Source of the DNA: Xylographa opegraphella | Taxonomy: Eukaryota | NCBI GenBank assembly: GCA_022813865.1 | Contig: JALDZX010000042.1 | Span: forward strand, 62,001-126,000 | Reading direction: 5' to 3' | Length of the DNA stretch: 64,000 bases | Position numbers and translations under genes: made by a program | The notes under the pieces: generated by a model | What the model saw: only the letters and a program-made list of their open reading frames with translations | What the model was told of the DNA's origin: nothing | Database searches by the model: none | In this document: one piece after another, positions 12,990 to 22,920 of the stretch | How the letters are laid out: every line of letters begins with the position of its first letter | Numbering within the stretch: the stretch's first letter is position 1

Positions 12990-14279
12990 ATGCTGCTGAA
13001 TTGGCCTCTACGAATCCTCTTGTTTTTCTTCGCCTCGGAAATCATCTCAGCATCCTTCCCACCAGACGACTGGCGCAATGACCGACCCTGGCCTGGCCAC
13101 CGCTGCGAGGGGCAATACGACAAGAGGATCGCTTCCGCCTGGACTCAAAAAGGCAACTCCTTCAGCGTCCTCCACCCGAGCGTGTTCGATAAGAAATGGA
13201 CCTACAACCCCATCCCGCTCCAGTTCGACGAGGAGAACCCGTCGCGGTTCAAGGGCGTCTTCTACCAAGTGAGTATGGGCCTTATGATCTCCCTCTACAC
13301 CACCAGCGGCAATTTCGACGTCATCGACGCGCGCGGCCGCCTCGTCAACGAAGGCTTGACCGTAACCTCCGCCCCGATCGTGCGCCCCACTGACATGCCG
13401 GCCGGTTCGTCCGCCGCGCATGACACCAGCGCCCCACTCGCCCGACGGTCACCCGCCCCGCCTGCACCACCTGCCCCGCCTGTACCACCTGCTTCACCTG
13501 GTTCACCCGCTCGGCCTGCACCACCTGCTTCACCTGGATCCCCCGCTCCGGCCGCGCCACCCGCTCCGCCTGCACAACTTTCCCCGCCTGGGCCACCCGC
13601 CCCGTCTGGATCAAACGACCCAATCGTATCAACCGCTCCGCAGCAATGGCCCGTCCCGCCTACAGACACCATCCGCATGCAGCTGCTCGATGCCATGCTA
13701 GGCGTCCGCAGACAATGCATCCGTATAGGGCATGCCGGCGCACAATGGGCCCGCAGAAACACGGTCTTGATCCGGATCGAGCGCGATCCCCGCCCCCTCC
13801 TCGCCCAGACATGTACCGCGCTGAGCCAGATCGGCGCGCAAGTTATATGCAGCACTCAAACGGGCCTGCAGAACGGGGTCGGCGCAGCCTACAACATGCA
13901 GGAGGCTACGTGTAACCTGTATCGCGACGGCTTTACCATCCCCCTTACCAAGTTCCACGTCGCGCTGCCGACGCTGAACCACTGCGCCGGCCTGCTTGGC
14001 CTCGGCGTCACGGGCTCGCTCCTCTACCTGACGGCGGAGACTTACCTGCGCCCGCCCGGCTCGAGCCGCGAGGGGCAGATTGCGATCGAGAACGAGCTCG
14101 TGGAGCTGAACAGCAAACTGAACCTCGTGGTGCAGTACATCGGCGGCACGCTCCTGGTCCCGCAGCCGGGCCAGGGACTGGGGCCGAACATGGGCCGGCG
14201 CGACACGCCTCTGCACCTCGACTGGGCCGCGCCGGAGCCGGACCGCGCAGACGACGGGGCGCCTTTGCGGGGCAGCTGA
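12990..14279 (+). CDS. Secreted or membrane-associated protein (429 aa) with an internal Pro/Ala repeat and a C-terminal hydrophobic helix plus coiled coil
   Basis: Signal peptide MLLNWPLRILLFFFASEIISA, strong C/G third-position bias, Pro-rich block, AMLGVRRQCIRIGHAGAQW motif, hydrophobic AGLLGLGVTGSLLYL. Confidence 0.8.
   Translation: MLLNWPLRILLFFFASEIISASFPPDDWRNDRPWPGHRCEGQYDKRIASAWTQKGNSFSVLHPSVFDKKWTYNPIPLQFDEENPSRFKGVFYQVSMGLMISLYTTSGNFDVIDARGRLVNEGLTVTSAPIVRPTDMPAGSSAAHDTSAPLARRSPAPPAPPAPPVPPASPGSPARPAPPASPGSPAPAAPPAPPAQLSPPGPPAPSGSNDPIVSTAPQQWPVPPTDTIRMQLLDAMLGVRRQCIRIGHAGAQWARRNTVLIRIERDPRPLLAQTCTALSQIGAQVICSTQTGLQNGVGAAYNMQEATCNLYRDGFTIPLTKFHVALPTLNHCAGLLGLGVTGSLLYLTAETYLRPPGSSREGQIAIENELVELNSKLNLVVQYIGGTLLVPQPGQGLGPNMGRRDTPLHLDWAAPEPDRADDGAPLRGS
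13479..13550 (+). repeat. 36-bp coding tandem duplication (P[V/A]PPASPGSPA[R/P] x2)
   Basis: cctgtaccacctgcttcacctggttcacccgctcgg / cctgcaccacctgcttcacctggatcccccgctccg. Confidence 0.9.
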
Positions 14280-15867
14280 TCGAAACGCTGGCTCGTTCTT
14301 GGCTGGTCTGCACGTTCTTCAGTGGAGGGGGGGGAGATGGGGGGGGGGCCTTTTCCGCGAGGCGGGACGCGTTGGGGAGGATAATGTCCGGGGTATAACT
14401 CCGCCTTGGCTTTGATCAAGCGATGGCTTGGGATTATTGTACATACGAGATCTTTTCTTCTTTTTCGTTTTTGCTCGTCTGGGGAAGTGCCACTGTAGTT
14501 AATGGCTCGAGTTCGTACGCAGCGCCTCTCACCCCCCCCGGCCCGCGTGCGTGCGGTCCGCTCATCCCCGTTTCCCGGGCCGGTCGTGCTGCCGTTTCCC
14601 CCCCGTGCCGCCGCGGCTGCCGCGAGGTGGGGGTTCGTTTCGTTTCGTTGACGTGTGTCTTTGCCTCGGAGGGATGGTGAACTTGGGCCGGGCGGGTGAG
14701 TTCGTCTCGTCACGTGGCATGGCGTGCTCTTTGGAGACCCTGGGTTCGGATGATGCGTTCTGGGCGGGGAGTATCTACGGGCGCTGCTCGACGACGAGTG
14801 TGGCTCTGCCGTTGGGGGTCGGGTTGTCTGGGCAGGGGTTTAGGTCTGCGGCTCGAGGGAACGGGGAGGGGGGAAGGGGNGGTGGAGAGAGAGAGAGTGG
14901 TCAGCTTGGTGTGTGGCCCGTGGATGTGAATATATTTCAATGGTAAACCCGTCTTCTTCGAGACATCCGCCCGGCCTTTCACAGCTCAGATGTATCACAA
15001 AGTTTGCCGACAGCTTGCTAGAGTGACCAGTACGGTAGCTCGTAACGGAGGGCCGGGATGCGCTCAGGTTTACCCGAATCCTCTGGGTGGCGTGGTTCCT
15101 CTCCGAGCGGCTAAGCAGCTCCGCCCGTTTGAGAAATGGCCGAGGTTGCAGTGGCAGCTCCGACACTCTGGAGGGTCGTGCGCCGTACCATATGTAATCA
15201 CGGGTGTTGAAGCGTGGTATCAAAGGACTCCATATGTGATTTGTCAATCAGGATGATTCGGACGACTGCTGATGTCGATTTCTCGACTCGGCCGCGCGTA
15301 ATAATGGAGGGAGCGTCTGGAACGCGCTTAAGAGGACTGAGTGATGTCGATGGCTCGCTTAATCTCTTCTCCACCAAGCAGAAAGCAGACTAGCGCCGCG
15401 TCAGCACGGCCTAAAGAGCCGCCAGGCGCTTGTCTAATCCCAATTTCCCGTTGTATGAATTATGGCCGATTCACGCTCGGGCGGTGCTGTAGCAGGCCCC
15501 GTTTGGGACCAATCAGAGCGATAACCTCACCACAGATGCTGCGCTGTGTCAGTGAGCTGGGCCAATATGCCCCGGCAACCTCTCTCAGCACTTTCTGTCA
15601 GTTTGTGTTTCGTCCACCCTCCACCTTCCATCCACATTCTAGCACTGCACTGCCTGAATCCTTCAAACACCCTTTATCACTCTCACAAGCTCAACCCTGC
15701 AGTAGGCACTGCATATTAAGCTCTCTGTTAATGATAAACAGACCGTCACCTTCGTTCGTTATAGCTGACTCTCTGGTCAAGAATCGTGAGATACCTTGCT
15801 CGACATAGTTCTCCACACAGTCCTTCGATACTGTTCAAGTCTCTGTTGTTTCTCTTAACAAATCAGC

Positions 15868-17409
15868 ATGATGAAGTTGATTGGAGGCTGGAATGCTTTA
15901 TGCTTTCTGGCCCTTGGCATGATGAGCGTAGTCTTTGCGAGCTCAGCTTCGCCCAAGGCGGTTGGCATCCAGTTCAAGCGGAAGCGAGCCCCGCCAGGTG
16001 CACTATCTCGACGGAGCAACGTGGATGTACCCCTTCTGAACACCCAGGTATGAATGTGGATGCCAATTCATGTGAGTATGTGAGTACACTGGACTCACAC
16101 TTTGCAGAATTCCTTCATTTATGTCGCCAATGTTAGTGTTGGCATGCCTCCCCAGAATGTAAGCATGCAGATCGACACCGGCAGTTCCGACTTCTGGATC
16201 AACACTCCTGATTCGGTGCAATGCACACAACGATCATGTCCCCTGGGCACCTATTCTGTCAACGCATCAACAACTTCCAAATATCTGAACAGCAACTTCC
16301 TCGCCACTTATGCCGTCGACGGGAAGGCGACTGGTGATTTCATCACCGAGGACGTATCGTTCGCGGGAGTGACCATCAAAGGCCTGGAGATGGGCGTCGG
16401 ATACAACTCTACCTGTCTCGTCAACATGTGGGGAATTTCCTATCCTGCGGCAGAAGCAGTGGTGGCGTTTAACCTCAATGGAACGTACAACACTGCGGCC
16501 ATGTATAACAACAGTGTTCTCCAGATGGTTTCCCAGGGTCTCATTCAATCACCCGCATACAGCCTCTGGATGAACGACGTTGCCGCCAGTGCAGGCTCGA
16601 TTCTGTTTGGTGCATTCGATACTGCTAAATTCCAAGGATCCCTACAGGTTTTACCGGTTGAGACCAGTCCCTTAAGTGGCCGACTGGACACCTTGATAGT
16701 CAATGTCACTTCGGTTTCTCTCTCGACCGGTGGCGGTGTTCCGCTTTCGGATCGCGCGACGGAGTTCCCCCAGCCCGCCATGCTTGACACCGGTACTCCG
16801 ACCATCACCGTTCCGACCGACGTGTTCACGAACATCGCGAGCCAGCTGAATGTCACGGTGGTGCAAGGAATCCCCTTGTGCGACTGCGGTCTCGCCAACT
16901 CCACCACCACGGTCGACTTCGGTTTTGCCGGCCTCAACATCTCCATTCCGCTAAAGTCGATTGTCCAGACGCCCACGACCGTTGACCTGGAACTCTTCGC
17001 ACATACTTCTCAGCAGCTACCGCCCGGGGTGTGCGTTTTCGGGATCAGCTCCCTCGAGACGGCCAATATCGGAGTCATGCTCCTGGGCGACTCCTTCCTC
17101 AGGAGCGCCTACGTCGTGTACGATCTCGCCAACAACAAGATCGGGATGGCGGCCACGAACTTCAATCCGACGGGCAGCAGCATCGTCGAGATCGCCGCCG
17201 GCTCCGGTGGTATTGCGGCAGCCCTCTCAGCGTCGGCGAGCTCGTCGCCGACAGCGTCTGGGCCGATCCCTTCGGCGACGGGCACGGGGTCCAGCGCGCC
17301 GGTGTCCACGACGATCACTGCAGGAGGATCACGTGTTCGGGGTGAAGGGGCGCAGCTTCTGATGCTGTTGGGCGCCTTGACCGGTCTGGCGTTCTGGGCC
17401 ATGTGGTAG
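15868..17409 (+). CDS. GPI-anchored A1 aspartic protease (yapsin/OpsB-like), 2 exons
   Basis: Signal peptide and propeptide with KRKR/RR sites (15868-16047), intron 16048-16107, catalytic DTGSS and DTGTP, LLGDSFLRSAYVVYDL, Ser/Thr stalk and a hydrophobic C-terminal GPI signal. Confidence 0.93.
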
Positions 17410-18623
17410 ACGGGTGTACTGGCTTCTGTTGAATCTTCGATGTAGCTCGAGCGTGTCCAATTCAATGAGCCGTTCAGCGGCGAGAACCGTGGGTATCAGA
17501 GATGTGTGCGAGATTGTAATGAGATTCGGAGCAGTGGATACCGGATCTTTGAGAGTTGCAGCTTCAGCTTAGGTTTGTGATGCAACCAAGCATAGATCCG
17601 TAATTCAAGCATAGACCCGTAGCTCCAGCATTGATTTGCGACTCCAGCATATCTTTGTCGGTCAAGATGTCGCTCAAATACCACAGCATACGAACGACAA
17701 TCGTGCTTTCAACCTGCTCGACAGTAGCCCACTTCCGACTGGTTATCCGTCTTGCGCGTACCAGTATCATTGTCGGCAAGGTGGTCCAGGTGGTTCTCGA
17801 TCACGAAAGATTCCGCGTGCGCAAGCCGAAGGCTTTAGAGTTGTGGCGAGTGCATTGTTTTAGCGCACGGATCGACAGATCTGTGGCTTAAGTGGTGGTG
17901 GCTGTGCAGATTTCTCCAGCTTCGGTCTCCGAGGAGAGATTATGCCATCTAGCATGTGAAGGTTGCAGAGTCGAGAGTCTTCGGAGTGTGATAGTCATTT
18001 CTACCCATCACTTCGATTCCATGCTACACAAACATACACGTCCACGTTCACGTTTCTGAATACCGATCGTAACGGCCGTCTGGAGTCACAGCGACGTCGA
18101 CCTACCTCAGTGACGCCCCCGATGACGTTTCTCTCCCCCGGCTAGTTTTGCCCTCATCCAAGTTTCTTCCACCCTCGCTTATCACACCCTTGCCGATCGA
18201 CATCCAGATAGTGACCAATCAGAAGCCAAGCCAGCCACACTTCTGCATCGGAATGGGCGTTTCGTGGCGTTTTTAAGGCGTGCGGACCCGGTTCTCTTCG
18301 ATGTCTGTCTACAGTGTATCACTGCAGTTGTCGCTCTCGACGCGCTGATCTTTCCCACGAAAGCGTTCGGTCTGTTGCGCGGGAGAGAAAGATCTGCGAG
18401 GAGATTACTAGCTCGTTTGGGGGAGGTGCTGGTCCGTTTGGCGTGAACGGTGATGCGATGCGGCCGGGGGGTGGGGGGGGGAGGAGTCCTTGCTTGGTTT
18501 GTGGTGGTAGGCCGCCCACTCTTCTCGTGGCGGATGTCATAAGTTCGGAGCTCGCTCCTGCGTTCTTGTTCTTTCTCTTCCTTATTTGTTGTGAGCTGAG
18601 CTGAGACGGATCGCTTCAATCAT

Positions 18624-18670
18624 TCACTCACTCACTCACTCACTCACTCACTCACTCACTCACTCACTCA
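18624..18670. repeat. (TCAC)n microsatellite, about 11-12 units
   Basis: Perfect tcactcac... run about 110 bp upstream of the ATG at 18778. Confidence 0.95.
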
Positions 18671-18777
18671 TAGCATGCTTGTTGGAGCTGTGTGAGCGAC
18701 CGGTTTCAATTGACTACCTACATAGCGCTTCCATCTCCTCTCGGCCTCAGCGCCCTGTGTGTCCCCTCACTCGTCTC

Positions 18778-20280
18778 ATGATGCAGAGACCACTCTACAC
18801 CATCGCCGCCATGGCATTGGCATCCGCCACCAGCGTCCTCGGACAAGACACCACCGGCAACCCGCTCAACGTATTCATCTCCCTCGCCGGCGGCGCCGTG
18901 ACCGCCGTCGAGACAGCCGTCGCCACCCAATCCACCCCCTCGGCCTCATCCACATCACCCGCCTCCGCGCCCGCCTCCACCACCAGCGCCGGACCCGCCG
19001 CCACTTCCACCACCACCGCCGCCGCAGCAGCAGCCAGCCCCGGCGGCCTCAGCCACCAGACCCTCCTCGACATCGTCATCCCCGTCGCCGTCATCGGCGC
19101 CGTGCTCCTCGCCCTCCTCGCCCTCTGCATCTACTGCTGCCTCCGCCGACGCCGCCGCAGCCACCGCGCCACGACCCCCGTCCCGGACGAAGAAGTGACC
19201 ACATGGCGGCGCCCGTCAAACCCCGGCCGCGCGTACGCCCCCCCCTCCACACACCCGATCCCCATGTCGCAGTCCCCGACTGTCCCGCTCATGGCCGCCG
19301 GCCCCTCCCGCCCCTACCCCAGCGACCACCCGGCCTTCCGCAACCACCACAACCCCAACGCCGCGAACCCGTTCGTGCCGTCCCCGCCCTCACCGCGGCG
19401 CACGGCGCCCAACGCGCGCGCCGGCCTCACGGACGGCATGGTGGCCGGCGCCCCGGCCTTCATGGAAGCCGCCCCGGGGCCGCGCGTGCGCAAGTCGCGC
19501 TCCATGTCGCGCAGCACCTCCGGCGCCGGCCTGTACGACAGCTACGGCGGGCCGCACTCCCCCTACGGCAACACGACGACCGTGTCCGCGGCGCCGCACC
19601 CCACCTCCAGCAGCGGCGGGGGGCTCACGGACCCGTACGACCGCTTCGGCGGCCCGCAGGCGCCCTACTACGACCCGTACGGCGAGCTCGCCGTCCCGGC
19701 CCTCGAGCACGCGCTACCTGGCACGCAGGCGCAGAAGCGCGACCGCCCGCCCACGCCCTTTGGCTTCGGCGGCCCCCCTGCCCCTGCCCCTCCCTCGCCG
19801 GGCCCGCACTCCCCCTACGCGCGCATCGGCTCCCCCTACACGGAGCAGCACGTGCAGCAGCTGCAAACGGACCGCCCGTCCATCGACCTGCTGCGCGCCG
19901 ACCCCTCCACCACCATGCCGCCGCGCCTCCCGTCCCGCAGCCCGAACCGGCGCTCCGCCTTCCACGACTCGACGTACGACTCCTTCGGCAGCGGCGCCGG
20001 GGAGCGCGCGCCCGCGAGCGTGGACAGCGGTAGTGGTAGTGGGGACACGAGCGTCGAAAGCTGGCAGACGTCGCGCGCGCATGTGGCGCAGCCGCAGCCG
20101 TGGGAGGATCGCGAGAGGAGGTATAGTGCCGGGAGTGGGGCGCGCAGGTATAGTGCGTCGTCGTCGAGGGTGAGTGTGGGTGGTGGGCGGAGGTTGCGCT
20201 TTAGTGATGTGGAGGGGGAGGGGGGGGAGTGGGGGGTTGGGGGGCGGAGGGTGAGTCAGGGGGTGGGGGAGGCGTTGTGA
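18778..20280 (+). CDS. Type I single-pass membrane protein with a short Ser/Thr/Ala ectodomain and a long Pro/Ser-rich cytoplasmic tail (Mid2/Wsc-like topology)
   Basis: Signal peptide (M)MQRPLYTIAAMALASATSVLG, S/T/A-rich segment, TM IVIPVAVIGAVLLALLALCIYCCL followed by an Arg run, tail with NPF and PxxP motifs. The ATG is at 18778 or 18781, not the TTG used in the ORF track. Confidence 0.85.
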   Translation: MMQRPLYTIAAMALASATSVLGQDTTGNPLNVFISLAGGAVTAVETAVATQSTPSASSTSPASAPASTTSAGPAATSTTTAAAAAASPGGLSHQTLLDIVIPVAVIGAVLLALLALCIYCCLRRRRRSHRATTPVPDEEVTTWRRPSNPGRAYAPPSTHPIPMSQSPTVPLMAAGPSRPYPSDHPAFRNHHNPNAANPFVPSPPSPRRTAPNARAGLTDGMVAGAPAFMEAAPGPRVRKSRSMSRSTSGAGLYDSYGGPHSPYGNTTTVSAAPHPTSSSGGGLTDPYDRFGGPQAPYYDPYGELAVPALEHALPGTQAQKRDRPPTPFGFGGPPAPAPPSPGPHSPYARIGSPYTEQHVQQLQTDRPSIDLLRADPSTTMPPRLPSRSPNRRSAFHDSTYDSFGSGAGERAPASVDSGSGSGDTSVESWQTSRAHVAQPQPWEDRERRYSAGSGARRYSASSSRVSVGGGRRLRFSDVEGEGGEWGVGGRRVSQGVGEAL

Positions 20281-21195
20281 GTGGGTTGGAAGGGGAGGTG
20301 GAGGGTGGAGGGTGTTGAGAGGTTTGGTGCCTGCTTGGGAGGGAGGGAGGGATGGATGGATGGGTGCATGTAGATAGATATCAAGAAATGAATCATGGAA
20401 CATCCTTCGTACTCTCTCTCGATTTGTCGACAGTGTGCGGCTAGGTGCTTCTTCCTCACCCTTTCGTTGCTTCTGCGATGTGGGGTCGTGTGGGAGTGGG
20501 TTGTCACGGTGTGGGATCCCCCCCTGGAATAGTCTACTACAACGGCAGGGCAATGTGCAAGTCATAATAGGTCACGGAGAAGGAGTGTATAATTGTCCTA
20601 GTTCCTGATACCCACCCTGATCATATATCCATCCATCCAGCTCAAACCCACGGCCGACTCATCGTTCCGAACCTTCGATGCCCGGGGATATTGATAGGGT
20701 GGAGGGCCGACTTCGTTGGAGGCTCGTCTGGATATGTCGTCGGAAGGGAGTCCATGATCTCGACTTCCTGTGATGGGTGCCGGAACCATGAGATTGCTGC
20801 ACTGAGATCCATTCTCCGCTGGATGGAAGCCAGCTGTCGGGTGAGAAGTCTCCTAGAATGTTCCCCGAAGCCACTGTTCAGCACCTGCCGGCTCGACCGG
20901 GGACTGGCGCTTGGTGGAGAGTATCCTCCGCATCTCTGTCCGCGCCCATACATCTTGGTCGGGCGAGCCCGTAATATCCAGATTGGCGGTTGTCACCGAG
21001 TGTTACTGGTTGGTAGAGATGTGCTGCAGACGTACGGCCGCGTCACGACTCGTGCTCCTCGACTGGCGATTTATAGGATAAACTTGAAACCAGTACCAAC
21101 CTCCCTTGTTACTCGGTTGTCGTATTTTAACCATTCAAAGTGCCGCCTCCCATCCACAAGTCTTCTCTGCGACCAGGCCCTCACCGGTATCACGA

Positions 21196-21639
21196 CTAAT
21201 TCATAATCTCGGCAACGGTAGGATCACCGACCACGATATCCAATCCGGCATTCCGTACGAGCCCGCTGCACCCCTGCCGTCTGGTCTGGAGACAGCGTAG
21301 GATGATATGCTCCACTGCGAGGAAGATGTTGAACCAGCTCGTGGTCGCCACCGGCTGGGTCACCGGAGCAGTCATGTAGACGCCGATGGCGCAGGAACGG
21401 GAGCGGAACTTTTGCGGCAGGCGCGCCGTGGCAAATGGATTGAAGATGGAGAAATGTTCTACTTGGTACGCGACCTGCACGGTACTCGCCCTTTGCAGCC
21501 ACAGCTGTTTGAGGGCTTCGACGCAGTCTAGGCATCTCACGTCTTGACCGGTGGCGGGGTTGAGGATCAGAACGGCGTGGACTCGGTTGCCGAAGCTGAA
21601 GAGAATGGCCAGGCGGATGAGCTGAAGGAAGAAAAGCAT
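21196..21639 (-). CDS. Small secreted Cys-containing protein (147 aa), effector-like, possible KP4/Ecp2-like fold
   Basis: ATG at 21639, signal peptide MLFFLQLIRLAILFSFGNRVHA, pattern DC..AL..L...LP..F...SCAIGV...SWFNI..AV..I..RC....GCSG. Confidence 0.8.
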   Translation of the reverse strand: MLFFLQLIRLAILFSFGNRVHAVLILNPATGQDVRCLDCVEALKQLWLQRASTVQVAYQVEHFSIFNPFATARLPQKFRSRSCAIGVYMTAPVTQPVATTSWFNIFLAVEHIILRCLQTRRQGCSGLVRNAGLDIVVGDPTVAEIMN

Positions 21640-22920
21640 GTTGGAAAGCAGTTGCGCCGAGGCGGAATGATCGATTGAATCAAAGCAGATGTGAGATTTG
21701 GGCAAATGAAAAGCTACGCTTCCTCCAAAAGCACGCAAAACCCACAAAGATGTAATACCGACGACCTGTACAAGGACACATTGCAGAAGCCATCACAGCA
21801 TGACGACACGACGAGCATTGGTACGTGGTCAACGAATTGTGGAAGGCATCCCAAAAGGTCCATCGCAACATGACCACTGGGGAAGTATATTCCGCAGACG
21901 CACGAATCGACGCAAATCTCGCCGGACAGAGTTCCGTCGTCCGTATGCACTCAGCCAAAGCGGGTCTGCGTGACTCCTGGTTCGTGTAGCATACCGCCAC
22001 TCCTGCGCATGTACTCCGTGGCAAAGAACACCACAACCAACGGGTTATTCTTCCGGACTGTCTCTCCCGTGGGGGGGAGATGGTATTGGAAACACTTCAC
22101 AGACAGCTTGAAACAGTGGTTTCTGAGCTGGGGACGACCAACTTTTGTAATGCTGTACTCGTAATACTGCTTATGTCGAACATCTCCCGGTCCACGGAGT
22201 CCATTGCTGCCTCTTTAATTATCCAGACTCATCGACGACATGGCGATGAAGAGGGCCACGAACTGCCGAGTCACCAATTGGTCCTCTTCAACGTGCGATG
22301 AACATGCCAGAGTGCGCACGCGACAAACAAGCATGCAGGGCGCTATTTATATCTCGACGTTCCACACTAAGCCCAAAGAGGAGTCGAATTTCATCGCTTG
22401 TACTCCTCATGACTTTCAATACTTCAGATGTTGATTATTCTGACAGCTATCCAAGAAAGAAAGCATATCGTGGATACTACAACATGAGCCCCCCCCCGGG
22501 CCCATGACATACAGTAGCCCCTCAGAACAACGCCTCAGCGCCTCGAATGGCCTCACCAAAGCATTAATCAGCACATCGAAGTCTCTGTAACCCGCGAGCT
22601 AGACCATCGCATCCTGCCTGACGTCGCAGCCTGAGTCATTCATGCTCGCCGACAGCACCACGTTCTCCTACTGCTAGTAGTAAATTAACAGAAAGTTTCC
22701 AACGACACGCTGTCCATCACCACTGCAGTCATGAAGATGAGTCACGGAAACATCGAGCCGTCGCGTCGTGACCAATCCGTCTCACTCCACTGTCAGGCCA
22801 CCATGTGCGGCAGACCTATATAGTTAACCGCATCGCAAAGTAATACCGAAACAGATCTACTCCTCAAACCACCCACCACCCACCGTACGAGTCGCTCTCC
22901 TCGCATCCTCCTCCCCAAAC

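Noticed and set aside
13047..14713. Multiple long overlapping or antisense ORFs over the 12990 gene
   Set aside because: Shadow ORFs caused by high GC and few stop codons. They are Arg/Gly/Ala-rich with no motifs.
18759..20565. 424-aa +strand alternative-frame ORF and 283-aa antisense ORF
   Set aside because: Their His/Arg/Pro-rich text is the expected frame-shifted reading of C-ending codons. The 18778 frame has a coherent signal peptide and TM.
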